From Verrucomicrobiota bacterium (lineage in GTDB: Bacteria > Verrucomicrobiota > Verrucomicrobiia > Verrucomicrobiales > DEV007): 64,000 nucleotides of DNA. The position numbers and the translations under genes were made by a program. The notes under the pieces are model-generated. The model ran no database searches, had not been told where the DNA came from, and was given only the letters and a program-made list of their open reading frames with translations. Where the stretch lies: contig JASFYY010000093.1 of NCBI GenBank assembly GCA_045046875.1, positions 1-64,000 of the forward strand. The letters run 5' to 3'. Shown piece after piece: positions 19,442 through 29,102 of the stretch; the first letter of the stretch is position 1, and every line of letters begins with the position of its first letter.

Positions 19442-22400
19442 TTATTTCTCCAGCCGCCTAGCTTTACGCGTCTCGCGATTCACCCGAGCTTCTTCGATCC
19501 AGCAATAAAGCACCGGAACCACCAACACCGTCACCACCACCAGAGTCATACCCCCGAAGCTAGGAATCGCCATGGGGATCATCACATCCGATCCACGCCC
19601 TCGTGAAGTCAACACCGGCAACAAAGCCAACATAGTCGTCGCCACCGTCATCAGTGCCGGGCGGTTACGACGGATGGCTGCTTCAATCGTAGTTTCACGA
19701 ACCTCTTTGATCGTTTTGGGTTTGCGCTCACCGAAGAGTTGTTTGAGATAAGTCGCCATCAACACCCCGTCGTCCGTAGCGATGCCAAACAGTGCCAGGA
19801 AGCCCACCCACACAGCTACACTGAGATTGATCGCCCGAATCTGGAACAGCTCCCTCATGTTCATGTCAAAGATCTCAAAGTTCAAAAACCAAGGCTGATT
19901 ATAAAACCAGATCATAATGAAACCTCCTGACCAGGCTATGAAAATCCCGGAGAATACCAACAGAGTCGTCGATAGACGATTGAACTGCATATAAATCACG
20001 ATAAAAATCAACAACAGCGCAACCGGTACCACCATCATCAGGGTTTTATTGGCTCGCAGCAGGTTTTCATAATTACCGGTGAACTTATACGTCACCCCTT
20101 TGGGGATCACAAACTCGCCCGAAGCTTTCTTTTTGTCCAGATAACGCGCAGCAGCCTCGACCACGTCCACTTCGGCAAAACCCGGCTTCATGTCAAAAAC
20201 CACGTAGCCCACCAAAAGGGTGTCCTCACTCTTGATCACCTGTGGTCCGCGCAAGTATTTGATCTCCGCCAATTGACGAATAGGAATCTGCACGCCGTCC
20301 TGGCCAGCGATCAAAATACCTCCGAGGCTTTCGATACTGTCCCGCAATTCCCGCTGATAACGCACCCGCACTGGATAACGCTCTCGACCTTCCACCGTCG
20401 TAGTGACCTGTTTCCCTCCAATCGCCACTTCAATCACATCCATTACCTGCTTGATGCTGATCCCGTATCTGGCAATCGCTTTGCGATCGATATCGATCTC
20501 AATATAAGGTTTACCCACAATCCTATCGGCAAAAACGGTCGCCCCTTCGACCGCAGGAACCTCCCGCAACAGACGTTCAATATCGAGACCGACTTTCTCG
20601 ATCGTTTCCAAATCCGGTCCATATACTTTCAGACCCATCGGGGCCCGCATTCCCGTTTGCAGCATGATCAGACGAGTCTCTATCGGCTGCAAGCGAGGGG
20701 CTGAAGTCGTTCCAGGCAGTTCCGCCACATCCACGATTTGTTGCCAGATATCTTTTGGCGTCTTAATCTCATCTCGCCATTGGCGAAAAGGCCGCCCCTT
20801 TCTATCCTCTATCAATTCGCCCTTTTCATCCCTACTGTAATCGCCGCTCTTTTTATCAAAACGGAAACGAATACGTTCGCCTTTTTCATCAGTAACATAT
20901 TCCGATTTATATAAAATAACCGTCTCATACATCGAAATAGGAGCAGGGTCCAAAGGGCTCTCCACTCGTCCAAGTTTGCCCACCACACTTTTCACTTCAG
21001 GAATGGTATTGATCGCTTTGTTTTGCAACTGCATCACATCCATCGCCTCCCCGATCGAAGCATGCGGCATAGTGGTGGGCATGAACAAAAAGGAGCCTTC
21101 ATCCAAGGATGGCATAAATTCCTTACCCAAGCCGGGAAACGTTTCCACCATGCTGATCCATACTTTATTTTTGCGCAAGGATTCCGGTACAAAACCAAAT
21201 ATCGTGCTCATGCCCATGCCCATCACCAGAGCCAGCAGAAGGATCGATGATATCAAGGCAAGAAAGGTAGCTTTATGACGCAGACAGACCCTTAGCACCG
21301 ATCCATAAACCTTCATGAACCCAAGGAAAAAAGCCAGCAAACCACCGATCACGCCAACCACAAAAACGATATTATAAACCCCTTTTTCCGGCCCAAGTGG
21401 CATCCAACTATTAGCCAGGGCAATCGCGATCAAAAAGGCCACAACAAAATTGAAAGCGTAAAGGATTTTCTGCCTAACCGCATCAGGCAGCCTTCTCTGA
21501 ACCATTTGATAAACAGCCAAAATAGCAATCACTCCACTCATCCACCACTGCACCCCCTCGACCAAAAGAGGCAACGCCAATGCCACTAAAAACATGATCA
21601 CAGGCCATACCTTTCCAAGCAGGCTTGCTTGTTTTTTCTTTTCAGCAAACAAAATATGTGCAATCGGAGGAATTAAAGTCAGCGCCACGATGATCGAGGC
21701 GATCAGCGCAAAAGTTTTAGTGAAAGCCAAGGGGCGAAACATCTTGCCCTCGGCCCCGATCATGAAAAACACAGGTAAAAAGCTCAATACGGTTGTCGTA
21801 ACCGCCGTAAGCACCGCACTGCCAACTTCGCAGGTAGCCCGATAAATTAATTCAAGACGGTTCTCTCCTGGCTTCGCTTTATCCAAGTGCTTGAGAATAT
21901 TTTCGCAGACAACAATCCCCATATCCACAATCGTCCCGATCGCAATCGCAATGCCTGACAAAGCCACGATGTTGGCGTCCACCTTGAACAACTTCATCGC
22001 AATGAAAGTCACCAACACTGCCATCGGCAGCATCATGGCAATCAGCAGGGAGCTGCGTAGATGCATCACAATGATGATCACCACAATACAGGTCACCAGA
22101 ATTTCTTCGGTCAGAGCTGTATTCAGAGTTCCCAAAGTCTCATGGATCAGACCGGTGCGGTCATAAAAAGGCACAATCGTCACCTTACTGGTACGCCCAT
22201 CTGGCAAAACCTTTTTCGGCATGCCATCTGTCATCGCCTCAATTTTCTTTTTAAGTTCCTTGATCGCAGCCAAAGGATTAGAGCCGTAACGCACGGTCAC
22301 CACCCCTCCTACCGCTTCAGCCCCCTCTTTGTCGAGTGCCCCACGACGTAAGGCAGGTCCCAGTTCCACCGAGGCAATCTGATCCAAAGTCACTGGCACA

Positions 22401-23317
22401 TTACCCGTCGCTTTAACTACGGTTTGGCGCAGGTCATCCAGATTCTCGATAAAACCCAGACCGCGGATAATATACTCCGCTTTATTAATCTCAATCGTTC
22501 GTGCGCCCACATCGAGATTAGAATTACGCACCGCACCGAATACCATCTCCAAGGTCACCCCATAGGCCCGCATCGCATCGGGGTCGACATCGATCTGATA
22601 TTCCTTCACATAACCACCGATCGAGGCCACTTCTGCCACTCCGTCCACCGCCATCAAACCATAACGCACATACCAATCCTGGATACTACGCAACTCTTGA
22701 GGGTCCCAGCCCGGGGCAGGGTTACCTTCCTCATCACGTCCTTCCAAAGTGTACCAATACACCTGTCCCAAGGCGGTCGCATCCGGCCCCAACGCAGGAG
22801 CCACCCCTTCAGGCAAAGTCCCGGCCGGCAAGCTGTTGAGTTTTTCCAAAATCCGGGTTCGCGTCCAGTAGAACTCCGGTTTCTCCTTGAAAATCACATA
22901 AATCGAAGAGAATCCAAAAAACGAATACGAACGTATCGTTTTGACTTCGGGAAGCCCCAACAGAGCCACCGTCAGCGGATAAGTGATCTGATCCTCCACA
23001 TCCTGGGGAGAGCGCCCCGTCCAATTGGTGAACACAATCTGCTGATTCTCACCAATATCCGGAATCGCATCCACCGGCACTGGATTGCGTGGCAGATTTC
23101 CGGTGTTCCAATCAAAAGGAGCCACCATGATCCCGCCACCGATGAACATCGTCAACAAGAGAAAAACAATCAGTTTATTCTCCAGACAAAAGCGAACAAT
23201 GTTGTTCAACAAAGACGGCGCCGTCACATCCTTTTCCGGGCGGGTCACATCTTCCTCTATCGGAGAATGATCTGTATTTTCTTCTTTCACAATATTAAAA
23301 TTCTGAATGGAAACCAC
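19442..23317 (-). CDS. cusA: CusA/CzcA-family heavy-metal RND permease
   Basis: VDAIPDIGENQQIV, GRSPQDVEDQITYPL, LGPDATALGQV, AIAIGTIVD, EFMPSLDEGSFLFMPTTMP, DPAPISMYET; start is GTG 23317 (inside a repeat) or GTG 23290. Confidence 0.92.
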   Translation of the reverse strand: MVSIQNFNIVKEENTDHSPIEEDVTRPEKDVTAPSLLNNIVRFCLENKLIVFLLLTMFIGGGIMVAPFDWNTGNLPRNPVPVDAIPDIGENQQIVFTNWTGRSPQDVEDQITYPLTVALLGLPEVKTIRSYSFFGFSSIYVIFKEKPEFYWTRTRILEKLNSLPAGTLPEGVAPALGPDATALGQVYWYTLEGRDEEGNPAPGWDPQELRSIQDWYVRYGLMAVDGVAEVASIGGYVKEYQIDVDPDAMRAYGVTLEMVFGAVRNSNLDVGARTIEINKAEYIIRGLGFIENLDDLRQTVVKATGNVPVTLDQIASVELGPALRRGALDKEGAEAVGGVVTVRYGSNPLAAIKELKKKIEAMTDGMPKKVLPDGRTSKVTIVPFYDRTGLIHETLGTLNTALTEEILVTCIVVIIIVMHLRSSLLIAMMLPMAVLVTFIAMKLFKVDANIVALSGIAIAIGTIVDMGIVVCENILKHLDKAKPGENRLELIYRATCEVGSAVLTAVTTTVLSFLPVFFMIGAEGKMFRPLAFTKTFALIASIIVALTLIPPIAHILFAEKKKQASLLGKVWPVIMFLVALALPLLVEGVQWWMSGVIAILAVYQMVQRRLPDAVRQKILYAFNFVVAFLIAIALANSWMPLGPEKGVYNIVFVVGVIGGLLAFFLGFMKVYGSVLRVCLRHKATFLALISSILLLALVMGMGMSTIFGFVPESLRKNKVWISMVETFPGLGKEFMPSLDEGSFLFMPTTMPHASIGEAMDVMQLQNKAINTIPEVKSVVGKLGRVESPLDPAPISMYETVILYKSEYVTDEKGERIRFRFDKKSGDYSRDEKGELIEDRKGRPFRQWRDEIKTPKDIWQQIVDVAELPGTTSAPRLQPIETRLIMLQTGMRAPMGLKVYGPDLETIEKVGLDIERLLREVPAVEGATVFADRIVGKPYIEIDIDRKAIARYGISIKQVMDVIEVAIGGKQVTTTVEGRERYPVRVRYQRELRDSIESLGGILIAGQDGVQIPIRQLAEIKYLRGPQVIKSEDTLLVGYVVFDMKPGFAEVDVVEAAARYLDKKKASGEFVIPKGVTYKFTGNYENLLRANKTLMMVVPVALLLIFIVIYMQFNRLSTTLLVFSGIFIAWSGGFIMIWFYNQPWFLNFEIFDMNMRELFQIRAINLSVAVWVGFLALFGIATDDGVLMATYLKQLFGERKPKTIKEVRETTIEAAIRRNRPALMTVATTMLALLPVLTSRGRGSDVMIPMAIPSFGGMTLVVVTVLVVPVLYCWIEEARVNRETRKARRLEK

Positions 23318-23432
23318 TAATGGACACCAATGAACACAAATAATTTTTCAATAAACTCATCACTCGCCGAAAAGTCAGCACCATTGATTTAAGCTCTCTA
23401 TATTTAGTGTGCATTAGTGTGAATTCGTGATT
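23312..23432. repeat. Inverted pair of family A repeats (about 120-bp MITE-like element) between cusB and cusA
   Basis: Left arm aaccactaatggacaccaatgaacacaaata is the approximate reverse complement of right arm tatttagtgtgcattagtgtgaattcgtgatt. Confidence 0.8.
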
Positions 23433-23444
23433 CTATTTTTCTGA

Positions 23445-25871
23445 CTACTTCCCCCCCAACTCTTTCATCACATCACCACAAGTGACCATGGCTTGTCCGT
23501 AATACGGATTTTGAACCGCTTTGCCTTCCTGCAGCCAATGCCCGCCCTTGCCGTCAAAGGCCATCGAACAATGCACATGCACCACCGCCTGCTCGAACTT
23601 GATCGCAAAGTTGTCGGCTACATGAATCAGGGTCTCTGATAAAGGCAGGAAAGCCGCCCGTGCTGTATCGATTTTGTCGGACTTACGAAGCGCATCAGCG
23701 GTTTTTTGAATTTCTCCCATCTGGCTCATCCAAGCCACATGCGCATCCCCCTTGACCAGTTTCATATCCACTTTTTCCAGAGAAACCAGCAATGTTTTTG
23801 CTTGTTTGCGCACCGCTGCAAAATCATCGGCGGCCAATGATTTCTGAATCCCAAAGTAGTCAGCATAAACACTGCGCAGTTGTTTTTTGAAAGCTTCGTC
23901 CACCTCAAAAACCTTCATCTTGCCGTGGTCTTCATGTCCGGCATCCTTTTTAGGTGCCACCATTTTCATTTTCACTTCCCCACAGCCTAACATCGCCTTG
24001 CCATAATAAGGATTGCGCACCTGATCTCCCAACTGCAACCAATCTGCCCCCTTGCCATCAAAAGCCATGCTGCAGTTCAATACCACCGCAGGTTCTTCGA
24101 AACTCACCGCATACGACATACCCGCATTAGCCATCGCTTTGGACAAATCGACAAAAACCTTACGCTGGGCAACCAGACCCGGTTCCGCCGCGATTTTTTC
24201 CGCGCCATCTTTGATCGAAGTCAGATCATTCATCCAAGCCATGTGGGCGTCATTCTCGAGTAACTTCATATCCACTGCCGCCAGAGCCTTTACCATTCCT
24301 GCTCCGCCTCCCTGCGCCTGCTTGGCATTATCATCGGCTAAAGCACTCTGCATTTTGAAAAATTCTGCAAATACCGCTGCCAATTGTTTTTTAAACTTAT
24401 CCGATACTTCATAAACCGTCATCTTCATGCCGCTTTTCCCACCACTCGCCTTTTTCTTGCCACCGTGATCATGGCCACCTCCACCGCCGCCTCCATCTGG
24501 ACTCATCATGCTGGGTTTGGCAAGAATTTGTAAGGCCGAGTCGATCTTGAATGCGCCCTCTGTCACCACTCGTTCTCCTTCCATCAAACCTTCTTCTACG
24601 ATATAAAAACTACCGGCCCTCGGTCCTACCAAAATCTCTCGACCTTCGTAAGTCGGCTCTTTACTATCAGGGATCTCCACATAAACCACCGAACGCTTGC
24701 CGGTTTTCAACACCGCAGAGGTGGGCACCACCAATGGGGGTTTTTCAGCTTTTTTCATCACAGAATAACCCAGTTCATCAGCCTTCGCCAAAGCCATACC
24801 GCAAATCGGACACTTGCCCGGTTTGTCTTGTAAAATTTCCGGATGCATCGGACCGATCCATTTGCCAGCCAAGTCTTTGGAAATCACCTTGCCGCCCCCA
24901 GCCAATGTGGCAAAAGCCGTGGCATGCACAAACATGTTTGGTTTGAGCATCAGATCCTTGTTATCGGCGTTCACCCGGACTTTAACCGTCCGGGTTTTGG
25001 GATCGAGAATAGGTGAAATAAAAGTCACCACTCCTTCAAAAATACGCCCGGGAACCGCTTCCACCTCGAACTCCACCTTCTGTCCATAACGTAACCAGGG
25101 CAGATCCGATTCGTAAGCATCCAACTGCACCCACACCTGGCTCAAATCAGCAATTTTAAACAAAGCTCCACCGGTTTTTACGTAGTCTCCCTCATCAATC
25201 GCTTTATGAATCACAATGCCGCCAGAAGGCGCGTCGATGTCCATGTGGTCATCGGTCTCCCCCTTCACCTCGATCGTCCGAATTTTCTCCTCTGACAAAC
25301 CCCACAGTCGCAATTTGTCTTTAACCGTTTCGATATCTGCCGACTTGAATTTAATCGCTGAAATCAACTCCCGCTGGGCGGTCAATAATTCCGGACTATA
25401 AACATAAGCCAAATGATCCCCCTTACGCACATCGATCCCCGTGTAGTCCACATACAGTTTATCAATCCGGGCAGGGAACCAGGCCGCGATCGTCTTAGTG
25501 CGGGTTTCATCATAGTCCACCTTGCCCACCATATCGATCTTGGCATCGACCAGTTGACGTTTCACTTCCACCGTATTGATTCGTGCCAACTCCCGCGCTT
25601 CTGGAGACATCACCAACTCTCGCGGGCGCAGCGATTTTTTGGATCCTTTTTTCAAAGCAATCAGATCCATGCCGCAGATCGGACACTTGCCCGGTTTAGG
25701 CTGTTGGATCTGGGGGTGCATCGAACAAGTCCACTTGGTGCTCCCTGCCTCCACCCCATGATCATGCCCTGATTTCCCAGCTCCGTCTGCCCCTTTTCCT
25801 CCACCGAAAAAGAATGCTCCCGCTGCCAAGCCAAGAGCCAGAACAACTATATAAGTGACAATGTTTTTCAT
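23445..25871 (-). CDS. cusB: CusB-like RND periplasmic adaptor with two heavy-metal-binding motifs and two DUF3347-like domains
   Basis: WTCSMHPQI...GKCPICGMDL, YSPELLTAQRE, ADLSQVWV, LKPNMF; second GPMHP...CPICGM; two CSMAFDGKG..WLQ.....NPYYG.AM..CG units; ATG 25871 inferred. Confidence 0.9.
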   Translation of the reverse strand: MKNIVTYIVVLALGLAAGAFFFGGGKGADGAGKSGHDHGVEAGSTKWTCSMHPQIQQPKPGKCPICGMDLIALKKGSKKSLRPRELVMSPEARELARINTVEVKRQLVDAKIDMVGKVDYDETRTKTIAAWFPARIDKLYVDYTGIDVRKGDHLAYVYSPELLTAQRELISAIKFKSADIETVKDKLRLWGLSEEKIRTIEVKGETDDHMDIDAPSGGIVIHKAIDEGDYVKTGGALFKIADLSQVWVQLDAYESDLPWLRYGQKVEFEVEAVPGRIFEGVVTFISPILDPKTRTVKVRVNADNKDLMLKPNMFVHATAFATLAGGGKVISKDLAGKWIGPMHPEILQDKPGKCPICGMALAKADELGYSVMKKAEKPPLVVPTSAVLKTGKRSVVYVEIPDSKEPTYEGREILVGPRAGSFYIVEEGLMEGERVVTEGAFKIDSALQILAKPSMMSPDGGGGGGGHDHGGKKKASGGKSGMKMTVYEVSDKFKKQLAAVFAEFFKMQSALADDNAKQAQGGGAGMVKALAAVDMKLLENDAHMAWMNDLTSIKDGAEKIAAEPGLVAQRKVFVDLSKAMANAGMSYAVSFEEPAVVLNCSMAFDGKGADWLQLGDQVRNPYYGKAMLGCGEVKMKMVAPKKDAGHEDHGKMKVFEVDEAFKKQLRSVYADYFGIQKSLAADDFAAVRKQAKTLLVSLEKVDMKLVKGDAHVAWMSQMGEIQKTADALRKSDKIDTARAAFLPLSETLIHVADNFAIKFEQAVVHVHCSMAFDGKGGHWLQEGKAVQNPYYGQAMVTCGDVMKELGGK

Positions 25872-25894
25872 AATAAATCGCAAATATCAATCCC

Positions 25895-27196
25895 CTACTC
25901 AGTTCGCCTTCCCACCAAAGTCTCCAGCCGGATCCTGCTGGAATAACCATTGGCCACCGCCCTCCAAAAAGTTTTTTCCAATTCAAGCAAAGTACGTTCA
26001 CTGTCGATCACATCAAGAATAGTAGATCGATTGGCCTTGTAACTTTCCTCCGAAACCTCAACCGCTTGACGAGCTGCCGGCAGCAAGGTCTTGGTATAAA
26101 GGGCGGTGCGTTCTTCCGCTTCGCGAAAGTCTTCCAAGGCTCGCTCCAATTCTGACAACAAACCGTTCTGCCGATCAGTCAGCAGTTTTTCAAACACCCG
26201 CTGGTTTGCCAAAGCTTGTTTTTTCTCTGCTTTGTATTTACCGAACCATATAGGGATCTTAAAACTAATCTGCACCCCCCAGGGATCGTCCCCGCTACCG
26301 GGCGTTCCCGGATTAAGCGCCGCCCCAGTATCGAGATAATTAACTCCAATCATGGGATCGGGAATCGGGCTCAACTTGGATAATTTCACCGCCTCCTGCG
26401 ATCTTTCGATACGCTTCTCAATCGCCTTCAATTCCGGGTTACCCGCAAACATGGCTTCAACAAATTTCGTTCGACTCTCCATCGAAACTTTGCCAACCTT
26501 CAGCTGTGGCCAGGGTAACAAGTTTTCCTTCCGGCGCCCCAATAGAGCACTGATGGTGGCATTCTGGCGCCGACGGTCCTTTTCCAAAGACTGCAAAACA
26601 TCGTGATTTTTCCCAATCTCAACCTGCAAGCGCAACAAAGGAGCCAAATCCCCGCCCACCCGAACCTTTTCCTGCACACTAGGTTCCAAGCGTTCCAACA
26701 ACGAAATGATCTCCCTGGTGATCTTGGTTGCCTCCGCCAGATAAGCATAATCGTAATAAGCGACACTGATGTCACGATGCAATACCAGCAAACTGTTCTC
26801 ATACAGGTGGTAAATCGCCTGAGCCTCCTTCGAGGCGATTTCTCCACTGAGCCTGAGTTTACCGAACCAGGGAAAAGTCTGACCTACCGCCAATTGATTA
26901 CGCTGTGGCCCTGTTCTCGTTTGCACGTCACGAACAAAACTGGTTGCCGAGAATTTTGGATCAGGAAGGCTTTTGGCCTGGGGAATCTGCTGCAGCGCTG
27001 CCTGGTATTTTTCGTGTTCAGAGCGCAAACCGGGGTTATTAGCAATTCCCACCCGGATATAATCCGTCAAGCTTGGTTTGGATGGCAAGGCTTCCTTATC
27101 CTCACCCCTACCAGACAAGATGGTGAAAACAAAAGTAACAGCCCATACCGTCAGAGAAACAGCATTGCGGGTGAATTGAGTGGAAAATAAATTCAT
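25895..27196 (-). CDS. TolC/CusC-like outer-membrane factor
   Basis: ANNPGL, LPDPKF, QTFPWFGKL, NPEL, IPIWFGK, SYK...ILDVIDSER; first gene of the RND operon; ATG 27196 inferred. Confidence 0.88.
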   Translation of the reverse strand: MNLFSTQFTRNAVSLTVWAVTFVFTILSGRGEDKEALPSKPSLTDYIRVGIANNPGLRSEHEKYQAALQQIPQAKSLPDPKFSATSFVRDVQTRTGPQRNQLAVGQTFPWFGKLRLSGEIASKEAQAIYHLYENSLLVLHRDISVAYYDYAYLAEATKITREIISLLERLEPSVQEKVRVGGDLAPLLRLQVEIGKNHDVLQSLEKDRRRQNATISALLGRRKENLLPWPQLKVGKVSMESRTKFVEAMFAGNPELKAIEKRIERSQEAVKLSKLSPIPDPMIGVNYLDTGAALNPGTPGSGDDPWGVQISFKIPIWFGKYKAEKKQALANQRVFEKLLTDRQNGLLSELERALEDFREAEERTALYTKTLLPAARQAVEVSEESYKANRSTILDVIDSERTLLELEKTFWRAVANGYSSRIRLETLVGRRTE

Positions 27197-27328
27197 AAAT
27201 AAAATATACCGAGTTCTAGATCCCTGGAGGCATGGAATCACAAGCTCATAATGATAACGCCCAATACGACAAAATCCCTCACAAAAAGTGAGAAAGATGA
27301 CAAGGGTAGCTCACCCACTTAATAATGC

Positions 27329-27721
27329 TCAATCCTCCACAGTATCGGAAAGCGGCACTGGAGAGTTGGAAAACCCCGACGAATCACGAGTCACTATTAT
27401 TTCAGCGTTACAAGCAAGAGCGCATGCGATCTGCATCGCATCTTCGAAATCGCCGCTATCATACTTAAAAGCCACATCCACATCATCATGTTGCACTGGA
27501 GCGATACGGACGACCTTGCATATATTACGGATAAACAGAAGGGCATTTTCCTTCCCCTCCAACTTACTCAGAATGTAAGAGAGATTGGAAACCGTATGCC
27601 ATGACATGAAACACGAATGGTTTTCTATAGCATCCGACAGGATGGCCTGAGACCGGGCAAGATAAGGCTCCCTTCTTAAGGCAACATCCAGCAGGACATT
27701 GGTATCAAAAAATACGTTCAT
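27329..27721 (-). CDS. PIN-domain (VapC-like) toxin
   Basis: MNVFFDTNVLLD...DFEDAMQIACA...IVTRD; ATG 27721. Confidence 0.9.
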   Translation of the reverse strand: MNVFFDTNVLLDVALRREPYLARSQAILSDAIENHSCFMSWHTVSNLSYILSKLEGKENALLFIRNICKVVRIAPVQHDDVDVAFKYDSGDFEDAMQIACALACNAEIIVTRDSSGFSNSPVPLSDTVED

Positions 27722-27740
27722 GCTGATTTCGAAAGTGCCC

Positions 27741-28022
27741 CTAACTGTATTTGTCCCAAATAGCCTGCGCTTTGATGTCACCCTCCAGAGTTTTTTCCGC
27801 ATCCACCGCAACGGGACGTTTTGCCCACTTATTCAAAAACCGGCATACCTTTTCCTTCTCACTTTCTGAAGGAACCCTCTTGTTTTGCTCCATAAAAGTG
27901 TCGAATGAGACAAGCACGGCCACGGGACGCCCCTGCCTCTCAATGGTGACCGGCTCCCTCTGCGCTTTGTCGAGCAAGGCACCAAAGTGAAGTTTAGCTT
28001 CCGATGCTGATAGTTTTGCCAT
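27741..28022 (-). CDS. Phd/YefM-family antitoxin
   Basis: SASEAKLHFGALLDKAQREPVTIERQGRPVAVLVS. Confidence 0.9.
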   Translation of the reverse strand: MAKLSASEAKLHFGALLDKAQREPVTIERQGRPVAVLVSFDTFMEQNKRVPSESEKEKVCRFLNKWAKRPVAVDAEKTLEGDIKAQAIWDKYS

Positions 28023-28034
28023 GCTTCCACTTTA

Positions 28035-28063
28035 ATCAATTTAATTAAAATGGTCAAATTGAT
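28035..28063. promoter_or_regulatory. Candidate TA autoregulatory operator
   Basis: Inverted repeat ATCAATTT-N13-AAATTGAT just upstream of the antitoxin start. Confidence 0.5.
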
Positions 28064-28079
28064 CTTTTACAACTTCAGC

Positions 28080-28655
28080 TCACTCCGCCACGATGTCGTA
28101 ACAAAGCCACAAGGCCTCCCTAACGTTGCCTTGGCTTTTTTGATACAAGTCAGCCAATGAGACCCCTCTGTTAACAAACCCAGGATCCAAGCGTTCGACA
28201 AATTTCTGTAACATCTCTACACTGGTCTGGGTAGTAAGCCATAAGGGCAATTTCCCCACTCTATGCTGAGTGATCACCAAACCTCGGCAAGGCGATGCCA
28301 TTCTCAAAAACTTCCGCCACTTCACCCACGAAAACTGCTCTGCGCCATCAAGCAAAACCACTGCTTTCCCAGCATCCTCAAGTCGCCTCCAATCCTCCGC
28401 ATTCAAGTCCCGGCTCTCCTCATTGAGAAAAAAGAGGTGCACCGAAAAACCCTCCGCCTCCAGCCTCGTTTGCAAACTCGACAACAAAGTCGATTTCCCT
28501 GATCCATGCGGCCCCACCACCGCCCCCCGATAATCGAGCTCCGCCAGACGCCCCATCAAGTCCGACCAAGTCATCCTCAACCACTCTGGCTCAAAAACCA
28601 GCAAGTCATCCACCCGCTCACTCGCAAAAGGATTATCACACGCCCGGGTTTTCAT
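28080..28655 (-). CDS. Minimal AAA+/P-loop ATPase
   Basis: N-terminal NPF, Walker A GPHGSGKS, Walker B VLLDGAEQ, sensor-2-like GNVREAL. Confidence 0.8.
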   Translation of the reverse strand: MKTRACDNPFASERVDDLLVFEPEWLRMTWSDLMGRLAELDYRGAVVGPHGSGKSTLLSSLQTRLEAEGFSVHLFFLNEESRDLNAEDWRRLEDAGKAVVLLDGAEQFSWVKWRKFLRMASPCRGLVITQHRVGKLPLWLTTQTSVEMLQKFVERLDPGFVNRGVSLADLYQKSQGNVREALWLCYDIVAE

Positions 28656-28661
28656 CGCTCA

Positions 28662-29081
28662 TCACTTCCCAATCCTCAGATTTGTATAAGACGGCATTTT
28701 GCCCTCGGCATGAGCATACAAATCGATCTCCTTGCCATCAGGCGACAATACAAACTCTACTCTCTCGGTCTCATCAGACTCCATCACCTGAAACTCAACC
28801 GCCCAAATCAGCGAAACCAGTTTACCGGAAAAAGAACAGGGCCCGTTCGGTAATTGAAATTCAAAACTCTGGCTCCCTAGCTCCGAGTGGATCTGAACCT
28901 CATGGGTTTCAATCGTCTCCACATCACGATCGCCTTTTCCCGAAGTGTAATAAAACAAACGCACCTCACCGCCATCCGAATTTTTCATCAAATCCACCTT
29001 CCAGTTCACCTCACCGCGCAAAGTCTCCCCTGGTGTATAAGCCAGATTATCCAATTCCGTTTTTATCCCAAGTTCCGCCAT
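28662..29081 (-). CDS. Small soluble protein, arrestin-N/Spo0M-like beta-sandwich (inferred)
   Basis: YTPGETLRGEV...GSQSFEFQLPNGPCSFSGKLVSLIWAVE resembles the arrestin-N pattern. Confidence 0.65.
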   Translation of the reverse strand: MAELGIKTELDNLAYTPGETLRGEVNWKVDLMKNSDGGEVRLFYYTSGKGDRDVETIETHEVQIHSELGSQSFEFQLPNGPCSFSGKLVSLIWAVEFQVMESDETERVEFVLSPDGKEIDLYAHAEGKMPSYTNLRIGK

Positions 29082-29082
29082 T

Positions 29083-29101
29083 TATTCAGTATTCAGTATT
29101 C
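29083..29101. repeat. Heptamer tandem array (TATTCAG)2-TATTC
   Basis: Fills most of the gap between two co-directional genes. Confidence 0.8.
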
Positions 29102-29102
29102 T

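Noticed and set aside
22424..23320. 298-aa plus-strand ORF, and similar long antisense ORFs at 36813-37664, 50674-51465, 58611-59321 and 61975-62706
   Set aside because: Shadows of well-supported genes on the opposite strand
27242..27328. CusR/CopR-type box upstream of the RND operon
   Set aside because: Only half-site-like GACAA words and a 5-bp palindrome (CTCAC-N5-GTGAG); insufficient, and no cognate regulator is in the window
17452..28063. A defined genomic island or transposon carrying cusCBA
   Set aside because: No integrase, transposase, tRNA or flanking direct repeats found, and the cus genes look similar in composition to their neighbours
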